DNA of 48,051 nt from Seison nebaliae (Eukaryota). A program made the translations under genes and the position numbers. Every line of letters starts with the position of its first letter. Positions within the stretch are counted from its first letter, which is position 1. Below the pieces are notes generated by a model, which saw only the letters and a list, made by a program, of their open reading frames with translations, was not told where the DNA came from and searched no databases. Of the stretch, positions 1 to 12,520 are shown one piece after another. The stretch is from the NCBI GenBank assembly GCA_023231475.1, contig JALJEE010002038.1, positions 1-48,051 on the forward strand, given 5' to 3'.

Positions 1-926
1 AAATAGAGGAGAAATTGGGAATTGGCGCGTTCGAGAAACGTTGGCAACGAGAAATAACCGAGAAAGAGCAATTGGCTACTCGGGATAACTGTTGTGTGAC
101 GGAGAGAGACGTATTCAATAAAGTGAGAGAGATATCGAAAGTTTATTCGATAAAGAAAGAAATTGTAAAATATTCAGAAAGGATAAATCTTCTTTTATTT
201 TTGTCGAATTTAACATTATTTTTCTCATCCTTTGCATAAATAAGTTGCAGAAACATATGTTCGACTGAAAATATTCTTTGTTTATTTGCAAAATTATCTA
301 AACTTAAAAAAAATTGAAAAATGTCTACAATGTATCCAATTGATATAATGTTTAATAAAGGACATAATTTAGAATGGATTTAAAATATTGACTTATCAAA
401 ACAGTTGACAAAAATGTATTTAATTTATGATATTAATTATTGAATTTGATCATCTTCCTAAAATAATTTATATGTTTTAATATTTAATTTCAAACTTAAT
501 ATTTTGGGAAAATTTAATTAATTTTCAAGTTTAATTTCGAACGATTCAAAAATCATGACTCATTGAAGGAATGTTGATAAGCAGATTAAAGTTTAGCTTA
601 TCAATTACTTGGAATGATATAATCTAAATGACGATAAATGTTGAAAATACTCGTAATTCTCAAAGCGCAATTTTTGAAAATTACTATGAAAATTCAAAAA
701 ATCTGTAAACAATTGAATTGTTAGAAAGAAATTAGAATGTTGTTCTGAGCATTGTTCTTGGAGGAGATATTGGAATTGGCGCACTTTGGCTAGTTAGTGA
801 CTACTAAAACAAAGCTCAAATGGCATTTCAACAACGGAAACCACTTTTATTTCTTTCTCTCCTATATCAGTGTAGTTTTTATTCAATTCAATAATTTTAT
901 CACGTCTAATTCTCGTTTTTTGCACT

Positions 927-2749
927 ATGTCCCGGGAGATTAAAGACCCTAAGCCAATCTCCGTTCCGGCTAGTAGCGTTGATGTTAAAGGAACAAGCTG
1001 TAATGTGTTGAATGAGTTGTTAAACAATTCTCCCTCTTCGTGTTTCGATGATCCGGCTATTGTTGATGGAAGTTGGGATTATCAATTGGGAAAAGGACAC
1101 GAAATCGCCAATGAACATGCTAACTCCATCTCGAACAATTCACTACCATTTTACCCTGAAGCTAATAATGGTTACAATCCTCACCATTTTAATTATGGAG
1201 AGTATATGCCTTATGATTATGGATATGTTCCATATGATTCGAACTCCAATCAATGGTGCTACGATGAAGCACCTATCGTTGAAGATACAGATATTCATGT
1301 CGTGCCAATTGCAGATGAAGTTAGTGGAACTATTATAAATCCGGTTGAACCGAAAACTCCGGTAAATGCTCAACTACCTGGTGGAATGGTAGATGTTAAG
1401 GAGGACGTTGAACGCATCTTACAGAACGATATAGAAATTGAACGATGCAAAAATAAGTTAGATGATATTGACACACTCATGGAACAAATAGAAAAGGATA
1501 AGAATAAAATCAACACTGACCTTGATGTTCTGGTGGATAATTCTCTCCCAATTTTGGAATTAGAAGTTGAGGAACCTGAAGAAGAAAAGAAAGTAATTGA
1601 AGAAGAAATAATTCCAGAGTTTAAATGTTCCTGGACATTATGGAATTATAAACAGGAAAAAGGAAAACAATGGCGTAATTGTTTGAATGAGAAGTGTTCA
1701 TTTGTTGATTTTAAAGTTTATCAGGAAACGACGAAGACTATGGAAACTATTGATAAGTTACCTGTTGGTTGCGACTATATGTTATTCCGAACAGGAATAG
1801 AACCTATGTGGGAGGATGAACGGAATCAGAATGGAGGTCGTTGGTTATTTCAATTTGATCGTTTGATATATGCGAAGGAACCGGAAAAGTTTTTATTTAT
1901 TTACTTCTATTTATTAAATCTTTTTGAAAAATATCTTCTACTTTCAGAATAAATAAGATGTGGAAGGACACTATTCTACATATGATGCGCGATGGTTTTT
2001 GTGCGTGCGACGATTTGAATGGCATCAATGGAGCGGTTGTTCAATCTCGAAATAAATCCATTAAATTAGCTCTTTGGATGGGAAATGCGAAGATCAATTT
2101 GGCTACAGCTGCTATTGGACAACAATGGCCATCAATGCTCGATGTTCAACCCGAACTGATAACTTTCGAAATGTTGAATGACCAACAAAAATATTCGGCT
2201 ACACCTCAACGTCCACAAGTTGCCGCAGTTGCAGCAGCAGCAGCAGCGGCCGCAGGTTTATTTCGTCCTTTAGTTTTCCAGAATGTTCAATTGAACAACT
2301 TACAAACTATCCTAAAAAATAATCGACTAAATAACTTGACACAAAGACCCAATCCACAGCCTTCATTACTGAACACTCCGTTACTTAATCCATTGTTGTC
2401 AAACATTTTAACAGCTAATACTCAAAACACTTCATTACTTAATAATCCATTATATTTGAATAATTTGACAAACATGCTCCTCAACAACAATAATGATGGG
2501 AATTATATGAACAATCTAAATAGTACAATTTCAACTCTCACAAATTTAGTTTCGGCGAAACATGCAAATCATATTGACGAGTCCACCCCAAATACAAATG
2601 CCGATCAATTAGGTGATCGTGGTTGCGGTGGTGATGCATGTGATGATAGCAAAGGAAAAATCGAAAGTATCGTCGACAACATTAGAAATTCTACAGCTGC
2701 AACATCCAATGTTCATTCACGGGAAGGCGATATGACATCGGCAACATGA
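927..2749 (+). CDS. eIF4E: Divergent class I eIF4E-family cap-binding protein with long N- and C-terminal extensions (~587 aa, 2 exons)
   Basis: Exons 927..1888 and 1948..2749; intron 1889..1947 (GTTTTT..TTTCAG) joins EPEK|INKMWKD. Family motifs WTLW, GCDYMLFRTGIEPMWED, GGRW, GAVVQSR and KLALW are present. Confidence 0.93.
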
Positions 2750-3642
2750 AGACGAATAAATTGATCAGAAATCTATCTTTATTTATTTTTTTCCATTTTC
2801 AATTTACTCTATCATATTTGCTTATACTGATCCCTAATGTCAGTAAGAATGGTTCTGAACAGGAAAAATCAATAGTCCATTTATCTCTCCACAATTTTCA
2901 TAAATTGATGACAGAAAATATAGACTATAAATCTCTATTCGATAAATTATTATATTTATTGCTTCAATAAAATTTGATCATATTTAGCAAAATGAATTGT
3001 TTCCTGTAAATCGCTCTTTCTTAACGTTTAATAAATTATCTAACAAATAACTATCATAAATAAATGGGATGATGATTTGAAATAAGAAAACAATCGACTT
3101 TGTTCTTCTTCAATTTTTATTGTCAATACGTAGGACAATTGAAATTTCAACTGGTCGAAATTTCGATAGTTCTCAATTTTGATGGAATTAATTGAATTTC
3201 AATAGAATTGTCAATTATATAAATTTTTTGTTTTTCTGTCTCAAAAAAACCTGTCGATGAATATCAGTTAGATGTCGTTCGATTTTAAACAATTGAATAA
3301 AATTTCGAATAATTCGATAATTGATTTTCACCTTTTTCCTATTGCATCAACGAATTTCGAAACTGGCATTGTCACATAGAATAGTTAAGGAAAACGACAA
3401 AGCGAATATATAATACGATGACTCCTTTCGGAATTGTTTATTAGACGATAACAACAACACATTATATTTCCAACGCCAAATTCCAGAGTAAAAGGCAAAG
3501 TAATAAAAGGAAAGTTTTGTATCGGAATTTTTTTTATTTATATACACATATAGAGAACCCCCACTACGAACGTCAACTGCATTCAGACATTCGTCTTCCA
3601 TTTTCATATATTCAGTTGACATTTAGTCGACCCAATGTCAAG

Positions 3643-3734
3643 GTAAGTTATCTAATATTCTTATTTTAACTACAAAGAAAATTAGTCCCTACCACATATT
3701 TCTTTCAAATTATCTAATAAAAATTACTTATCAG
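3643..3734 (+). other. Candidate 5'-UTR intron with canonical donor (AAG|GTAAGT..TTATCAG)
   Basis: Perfect U1-type donor at 3643, AT-rich 92-nt body, CAG acceptor 18 nt before ATG 3753. No reading-frame test is possible in a UTR. Confidence 0.55.
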
Positions 3735-3752
3735 AATAAATGTTGTATCATA

Positions 3753-5489
3753 ATGAAGTGTTGTCTGATACTTTTATTCTTTGTGGCAATGGCAACTGCC
3801 GAAGATCTCAGCAATTTCCTTCGGTATGAACCGTCAACATCAAATGATTTCCAATTCAATGATACAATTAATTCAGACATGCTCGAAGTCATACAAGACT
3901 TCGGACGAGCTGGTAGTGGTGATTGTGGACCATGTCCAACAGATATGGATTGTGAATTAGATGGTTCAATTCCCGAACCTTACAATGCAATAAAGCAACA
4001 TTATAATAAAAATTCCAATTGTCAATGTGAAAGGAAAGATTATGTGACATTAGATGAAAAATATTGTCAAGATTTATTCGTTATAAAATATAATCTTGAT
4101 TTCTATTCATTAAAAAAAGATGAGCCAACTCCGTCAGCTTTAGAAGAACAAGTTACTCTTTGATATACTTCCTTCTAAATTTTAATTCATTTCTAATCGT
4201 AGTTAAAAGCATTATTAAATATAAATCAAGATATTTATATCAAAGTAAATATTGATCCGAAACCGGTCATTATATCATACGGCGGAGAGGATTATTACAG
4301 AAAATCAGCTGGAATGATCTTCGGTTCTCCTCAATCGTTTTTTTCTCAAAGAGTCACCTCATCATTCTTACTGTTCGAACAACTCATAAAAGACACAGTT
4401 ACTAATAAAAGAACGGTTGTGGAAAATGGAACTTCCTCCGGAGAAGATGTTGAAAAAGCTTTTTTGGGAAACATTTTATTGTCACCTGATGTGAAAGCGC
4501 TTCCAATTACTATTAAACGGGTAACGGTAGTTGGAGATAACGAGAATTGTAAAGTACAAACTCAATCTGGTGAATGTATCGGTTATTATGCTCCACTTCA
4601 TTTTATCAGAATTAATCCTAATTGTCTTTTTTTATTATTAAAGATTATTGTAATGGTAAATATGTTAATAATGAATGTGTTTGTTCCACTCTTTATTATG
4701 GAGAGAATTGCGACAAAACGTATTTACCATATATATTATTAGCCGCCTTTATTGTTGGATTTATGACTTTAATTGGAATTCCCTTACTCGCATGGCGACG
4801 AGGAAAACCTTGGAAGAATGTCGTTAACAGAAATAGATCAGTTGACTTAAGTGGCAGAGATGCATCATCGAATTTTAGCAAAATAATGTTCGGCTCAGTT
4901 AATAGCAGCATACGTAAGAGAAATGTGACAAACATGGAATCTGAGCAGAATCATGAATTATATCAGAATTATGACGAATACTTTACGAAGGAAGATGCAG
5001 AAAGGTTTGAAAAACTCAACACAGTCATCGAAAATACAAAAAACATTGTTAACTTTTTTTGGAAAATAATATTCTTGAAACTTTTTGTGTTAATTTAAAT
5101 AGGACCCAGGTACTGGTGGTGTTATCAATCCCATGTTCCTTACCAGCACTACAAATTTTTTAACTATTCCCAAAATAAGACCGATAGTTCGGAAAGAAAT
5201 GGATGAAACAAATCCAAATATTTTTGCTACTGTCGACATAAAACCAATGTCCAGTTTATTTGGTCATGTTATCAAAGGCAATCACAATGTTCAAGTCCCA
5301 GAATTACCAATGGATTTCTTTAAACTTCCAAGAATCAAATTATCGAGCGACACCGAATTCTCCTTACCATCCACTAGATCATCATTCAGTAATAATATTG
5401 ACAATAATAATGCTGATGAAGATGAAATGAATATTTTCCATCTAAACAACAGATTCTTTCAGCAAAATTACAAACGTTGGAATAGATAA
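3753..5489 (+). CDS. Single-pass type I membrane protein: signal peptide, EGF-like, possible SEA-like spacer, EGF-like, TM, cytoplasmic tail (~522 aa, 4 exons)
   Basis: Exons 3753..4151, 4203..4581, 4644..5047, 5103..5489; introns 4152..4202, 4582..4643 and 5048..5102 keep the frame. Signal peptide MKCCLILLFFVAMATA; EGF end CVCSTLYYGENC; TM YILLAAFIVGFMTLIGIPLLAW followed by RR. The SEA assignment is inferred from architecture only. Confidence 0.8.
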
Positions 5490-6114
5490 TTATATTATCT
5501 TTACAATAAACATTCTTTAAACTCTCATCAATTATCCATAACGATGCATCTTAACCGGTTCAACAATCTTTTATAGTTAAAATTATTTATTATTTTTTTA
5601 TTTTCTTCTGTTTAATTTTATGTAGTTGTGTCTTATTAAATTTTATTTTTTATTATATCTTTATTATTAAATTTTCCTTTCAAATATATTGGCAGCGATT
5701 ATATCGAGTCCAAAATATGCCCCACCAAATTCCTTAAAATAAATTAATATTAATGATTTTTTAATTCGTTTCCGTTACGAACGTCTAACTCACTTCCACA
5801 TTACGGTAATTTAAACGATGAATTCTTTTAGAAATTAAAGAAACCGTTATATTTCCCATTATCAATATCATGATGGTTAAATAAACAAGTTCAAAGAGAA
5901 TATACTAGTGGAATTTCATAATCGATTAATGATTATAATCGTTATCAAGAGAATAATAAAATCTTGGACAATAAATAAAATGGAATAAGAAGTTTATTTA
6001 GAAATAAAAATCCATATTGAGTTTTATATCACTGTTTGGAGAATATGTATATTGATTGTTGTCCATTTAGTTGTTTTGATAACATATGTTTGTTTTGTTT
6101 GGAGAATGTTCGTA

Positions 6115-7072
6115 CTATATTTCTGTTTGCTGTCTAAAATTATAATAATCGATGGAATCTTGAGGACGAATATGTTCTGGAAATGATTCATATGTCCGAG
6201 ACAATTTTTTACTTTCACGTCGTTGCTTTTTCTTATCACGACGTTTCTTGTGTCTTCGACGTTCCTTTTCTATTATTTCATTTTCATCGAAGTCATCATC
6301 GTCGAAAATTCTTTCAACTACGTCCATCGGAATGATTTGCGGTTGACTATATCCACCAGGAACTTAATAAGACATTTTCTACAAGTTTTTTATTATTGAA
6401 AAGCGAATAAACTTTGATATTCATCTTGCATGAATTCTTGTAGAAACTTTTCATCGAGAACGTCATTTTCATCCTCTTGTCTCTCGTCATCATTAGCAAT
6501 GACAATAATCGAATCCTTCCTGATTTTTTGATTTTCATTATCTAGTATCTTCGGTTCGATAATTATGGAATAACAGAAAACTGCAGCTACCAAAGCTAAT
6601 AAAGTTACTTAAAATTCGAATTATAAAAATGAGAGAAATATAATTAATGAGAACTTGCTGATACAATAGCGGCAATTTTACCATTTCGTTTGTTGATTTG
6701 TGAAATTGAATGAATTGGATCAACGCCAATATTAAAAAAAATTTTAGCTGTGAAATTTTCTCCTAATGTGCAAGTGAATATTCCCGAATCCACTAACTGA
6801 ACAGATGCAATCGTTAAGGTCGTTCCATTGGAATAAAAACGAATTTTAAATTCATCATAAGACACTTCTTTACTTGGATGATGCCAAACGATTTCATCGT
6901 TGTCATTAAGAGTGAAATTCTGTAATCGTTCCAAAGGACAATCGAACGTTATCATATCATTCAACTTCGCATGATACATCCAATAATAATCAATTGTTAG
7001 ATCATCAGAAAATTTGATTATTTCTCCTGATGTCCCATAGATGACAAGGAGAATGGTTAAAATACGAAACAT
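6115..7072 (-). CDS. Single Ig-domain type I membrane protein (~286 aa, 3 exons)
   Basis: Exons 7072..6655, 6607..6413, 6362..6115; introns 6608..6654 and 6363..6412. Signal peptide MFRILTILLVIYGTSG; Ig hallmarks FDC..IVW..LTIASVQLVDSGIFTC; splicing completes the TM IAAIVSA|ITLLALVAAVFCYSIII; the tail ends TEI*. Confidence 0.85.
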
Positions 7073-9877
7073 TTCCAACTCATAAGAGGACAAACAAACG
7101 ACGAAGCAATAGTATGTTGAATAATTAAAAAAATTATTAATTAACTGAAGTTCACGATTACAACGAGCATTAGATCAGAGTAGACATTCGCCTCTTTTGT
7201 ATGTAAATGAAATATATTTACATATCTCAACACTTTTTAGTCAAGAATTAATTATCTTCTAAGTTCTTTTGTTGTTAATAGTTAAAGTGTTGTTAATGCT
7301 ATTTGAGGTGTCAAATCCATTAAATGAGAGTCAGGCCCATATTCCATTAGAATAGTTCACATTCCACCTAAAATCTCTCTCTAAATGTCTTTTTGAATTG
7401 AATGCATATCGTAATGATGTGCAATATGGAAATACATGAAGCTAATCGTAAACATAGACATCAAACTTTAAACATTTAAACGTTTAATGGAGAATACGTG
7501 AAATATTACGATTTGGATCGATGATTTGTTGAAGATTTTTCGAATTAATATTATTCACCAAGAAATCATTGAATAACTAAATAACTTGGTAAAAGTCTGT
7601 TTATTCAAATACGTGTTGAAATGAAAAAGAAATAGATTTATTCGGATGTTGCATCATAAAAAAAGAACTCCTGATGATAACTTGTTCATTTCGAAGCATT
7701 GACCTTCAACTTCTAAGATCAATGCTTAATGTGAAAGAATATTCATAAAATCATACTTGTTTCAATTCGACAGGGAATTTTTCTTATATCGGAAAGATTT
7801 ATTAGAACTTGATGCAGTCGTTCCCCTCAATTGGTAATTATGATAATTTTTCACTAAATGAACTGATGCCGTTACACATATTATTATTCCACAAGAATTC
7901 GTTCCTTTTATCTTTCCGGATAGTCTTGATAATAATATGGTTAATATCAATATACAAATCATCATATTAGATGGTTATAACATTGGATCCTTATCTTTAA
8001 CATGTTAAATTTACTACACATTTTTGAAAATAAACTTACAAAAACTTGTTAGGTGCAAAATCGATAGGGCGAAAATTCATCTTCATTTTGTCGGATCGGT
8101 GATGTTGGATTGTGTGGAGAAGTAATTGCTTAAATTGATAGCGATAATATTTAGTTATTAAATGTTTAGGAGGAGATACAAGACCTGGTAATTTAGGCAG
8201 AAGGCCATCCCAAACATTACCATTCTTTCTTTTGTTTATTCCTATGACGATATAACATATATGGTATGAGTTATAAGTAGAGCAGATTTTTCTTCATTCC
8301 TCTATCTTCAAACAAATCACCAACTTCTTACATGAACGAACAGATTCTTTAATATTTCAATACATTTCTTCGCACAAAATCAAATTTTATTCATGAATTA
8401 GAGAGATTGAAATAAATAAACTCCGTTAAATGGGAAGTAGGAAGATTTATGATTAAAAATAAGAATTCCTTTCGTTGAAAATGATAAAGAGTTATCCGAT
8501 AAATAAAGAAATTTTATTGATGGAGATCCCCAAATGTTTTTTTCCCTAACATGTTTTATCATTGGCGAATATAAAAGATGAGGATATTGTGAAGGTCAAT
8601 AGGACATATAAGTGAATATGTTAACATCTGGTGAGAAAAAAAAGAATTGAGTTGTAAAAGTGTCTGTACCGTTGGAATGGAAGACCAAGAAAACAAACGA
8701 AACATTTGATATTTCTACATTTTTTCCTCCTTCTTCAAATTTACTTTCCATTTTTTCGTTATGCTTCCAACCAAGAAGATTGATGAAATTGATCTACTTT
8801 TGAAAAGTTTATGTAAGATTGCAACAGTAGTCCACCATCGGTTATGACGGTAAGAAATGAAATTTTGGTAGAATAAGTGAAATATATACATCAAATTTCA
8901 GAGGATGTATCGAAATTTTCCTTTTTCCCACTTTCTTTATTCATCGACGATTGTTCGAACGGTGTTTGTTCAAGATGAACGTTTATTAGCTGTTGTCTAG
9001 TAACTGTAACAAGTTGTCTTTATAATTCATTTTCCTACCATCGCATTCTACTGTACGATTATCATACTTTTCATTTATTCTACGTCCGTTCATATTTTAC
9101 TGTCCTTTTTTCAATTGATCTACTATCTATCTCCAGCCCACCACTCCTTTCTTCAAACCATAGGTATTTGAAGAGTTTTGAGGGGGAAGATACATATGTA
9201 AAGGAAAGACGTTGAGGAAACGACGATATATGTAAGTCTGGTTATCTGCTGAGCAAAGATAATGCCACTGGAACCAATTGTTGATCGAATACTACTCAAT
9301 CAGTTGATCATAATGGAAGAGATTGAACGGTTATCATTTGAAAGAAATGGTCAGTGTTGAATGTTCGGTATAGAATGTCTAGAATAGTTCGTGGAAACAG
9401 GAAATAAATTAGAAGAAAATCTAATCGTCAGTTGTTATATTCATATGATAATAACAGGGGAAATGAAAAGATATCGGACTGGATCGATGAACATCGTTTT
9501 TAGTGAATTCCACTCATTCCAGACCGAAGATGGATTGCCAACGAACATATATGGAACTATTCTGTCTCTCCCTCATCGCCTTCTCTTTTTCATCGATCCG
9601 TTCTGATGGAAATACACTTTTATCTATCATCATTACTTATAATTATATAAGAATGATAATGAAGTTAATAATAATAATTGATGATCAAATTATTATATCA
9701 TATAATTTCCTTTATCAGTGAAAAAAAAAGTTTGTTTTAAGTTCTTCTGATTGAAAGTTATCAATCTCATCATAGTCTCATCTTCAAATTGTTTCTTATT
9801 TTTGTAATTCATTCAACTAAAAGAAAGAAGATTAATAAATGGTATCTTCAAACTAATTTCTTTTCCATAAATATCAG

Positions 9878-10176
9878 ATCTGTATTCCATTCAACCACAT
9901 GATAATACTCCGCTTCCATATAACGATGTAGTAAGAAGCATGATACGAAAATTCCTAGATAAGACGACGAAAAAACAATTGATTCGAACGTCGTCTAGTT
10001 ATGACTTGCCAACGTATGTCAATTCTATGATGTACATTGATTCGAGTTGGAACGGAAAAGATAATCTTGATCTAAAAATGATTACGACAATCAACAATTC
10101 AACTGAAATCACTCAATTGACAGCATCTACTCCTAAAATTATCAGTACAATAAAACCGTCAGACGTCCAACAAAAA
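9878..10176 (+). CDS. Probable upstream coding exon of the ASPP gene
   Basis: Open frame between a CAG acceptor (9877) and a GTTAGA donor (10177), phase-0 compatible with the acceptor at 18345. The peptide LYSIQPHDNTPLPYNDVVRSMIRKF weakly resembles the second half of the ASPP N-terminal RA/ubiquitin-like domain. The start exon was not located. Confidence 0.5.
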
Positions 10177-12324
10177 GTTAGATTTTTCATTTTTATTTAT
10201 CTTCTTTTTCCAATCTCATCATAATCCATATTTTTCCCTAAAAATATCATTGAATTATTATTTTTAATTGAAGTCTCTTATGAAATATACGACGTGATAA
10301 TAGAAAAATTATGAAATAATAATTTCATTATTCTCTTCGAAAAAAACATTCAATTAACACTTCGGTACTATTTTCAAAAAAAACATAAGAACAGAATATG
10401 TAGTTGAATAGAGAATTGAATAAACTTATCCGTTTAACAACATGTTAAAACTAAACTTTGTTTGTTGAATTCGAAAAATCTATGTTCATTATTCATCTGT
10501 TTCATGCGATATGACGAAAGTCGTAAGCGAACGCTCCATTATGAAAATTTCTCACGCCCAATACCACTTTTTTCACGTATTTGTATCAAACTGAATTTAT
10601 TCGGATCTCTGCTACCTTATTTCCTCACGATCGAGTTTCTAATAAGTGTTATATTTATGAGCAATTCCCTGACGATATTCAGATTTTACGATCAATTTAT
10701 GTGAACGAATATTCTCACAACTAACATTCTTTATTGGAGAAGTAATTAAAATATCAGTTAATCATTCAGTTATTCATCGATCAATATTCAATAAGATTGA
10801 AGTCGATTTTAAGTTTGTCGATATATTTTCATATAAATAATAATTTCGCTTAAGATTTTGACATTTCGGATTAATTTCATATGAAGATTGATAAAGAAAT
10901 AATTACTATTTGTAAAGAAATCCAATAGAATTATTAATAAAAATCTTTATTATAAGTTTCAATTAAATTCAACCGGTTCTCGTAACTACCTCCTCGAGCT
11001 ATCTTGCTATATAATTCATTATCGATTCGATAATATTGAACTTCATATTAAGTACGTTGATTACCAATGGAGTCAGTCAAATTGACAACATTTATCGAAC
11101 GGAGGAATTTGAAGAATGAAAAGTAAATAAATGCAATTTTATATTTTTTTGATATCATGATTGGTAGTGTAGGCATCTATGGAAATATGACTAGATATGA
11201 TGCGGTTCATGATGTACATCGTTTTGGACGTCCACGTACGTATAAATAAAATCTATATTCAAATAAAGATTTCAAATACCAAATGACTTATTGGGAGTAG
11301 TTGTATTTCTAGAGGCATGTGTAGTTTTGTTTATAAAGGTCTTATATGTAGATGTATAATAAAAGTATGACTGGTTATGTACCTGTGAAACGGAATGTTC
11401 GGACATTAAACGGATTGAGGTGGAGGGAGTGAAAATAAATCACGTCGTTATTATCTTTTCTCTCTTATCATTTAGTCTCATATATATCGAAATTTCGAAA
11501 AAAACATCACTGTCATTATCATCTTTTTTGTTGTTTTTTCTTCATTCGTTCCAATGAGGTCTTCTCCATCCGGCCTGTACAGCTTTCTTCGAACCTCTAT
11601 TATGTTGTTGAATGAAAGGGAATTTGGTCTTCTTTTTTTCTTTGAATTTCAGTCGAGCGAAACATTTATGACATCTTAAACCACGTTAAAGTTTCATGGT
11701 CTGTTCAATGTCTTTCATTCGATTTATATCTTCATCTTCATTGTTCTACTTATCAACTAAATAGTTAAGGATGATTGTTGTACTAAATAGAATGATCAAT
11801 AATCGACTGTGTACGTCGTTCATTTAAAGATATAGAGACCATAGTTCTTCCTCTGATAATCGTCTAATCCATTTGTCAAACAACGCCTTAAATATAATTT
11901 TATTTTTCTACATATACATACTCTCAAACACACACAAATCTACGTAACCCGACTAAATAGGATTGTATGATATTTATTTTAATTTAGTTTCATATTATTA
12001 TCATTATTTCGGGAATAAGTCTTTAAATAAAAAAAGCAAAGAAATAAGAATTCTTATTATTCCACGAGCACTATCCAACTAACTGATTTGTTAGTTATTT
12101 GAGCAGTTGTATAATTTTATTCGGAATAATTTGAATGAAAATAAAGAAATAAAGTTTTTTCATGATCAGTTGAATAGAATAGAACCCAATAGAAGGATAA
12201 AAGTAGGTGGAGAATTCATTCGATTTCTACAAGTTTTCTTAAAAATAAAAAAAGCTACAATAAGAAATTGACGGAAATGGAGAAACAATAGAAATTTATT
12301 GCTTTTCCCCAAAGATATCAGTTA

Positions 12325-12520
12325 GGGAGATCGTTTCACGCACTACTACTCGTTCTAACAGTTTTCATGACTAAATTCAATAATAGAATCAGACAATTAT
12401 ACGTTAAACATAAAAATTATCCATCGTCAAAAAATTTTCCCATCCTAAGGTTTAGTTGGATAACCAACCTGCATTTGAACACTCCAAAGAAATATTTTTG
12501 AATATTGAATAATAATAATA
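12325..12520 (+). mobile_element. Possible highly decayed LTR-retrotransposon integrase remnant
   Basis: Peptide scraps DRFTHY and FSHPKV*LDNQPAF resemble the two integrase Asp motifs (DRFTK; FGxP..SDNGPxF) in the expected order, with stops and frameshifts. Confidence 0.25.

Noticed and set aside
3347..3622. 91-aa minus-strand ORF
   Set aside because: No recognisable motif, and it lies antisense to the presumed promoter/5' UTR of the EGF-like gene.
7762..8300. Coding-looking minus-strand frames with an intron-like segment near 7995..8045
   Set aside because: No splice combination tried gave a continuous ATG-to-stop frame; this may be a decayed gene or transposon scrap.
10171..10190. KVRFF resembling the EVRFF end of the ASPP RA domain
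   Set aside because: It reads into a T-rich, intron-like tract starting at a GTTAGA donor, with no later donor before the stop; treated as coincidence.
11541..11823. Minus-strand frame with a hydrophobic N-terminus interrupted by TAG and TAA
   Set aside because: Two in-frame stops, no convincing intron to remove them, and no recognisable family.
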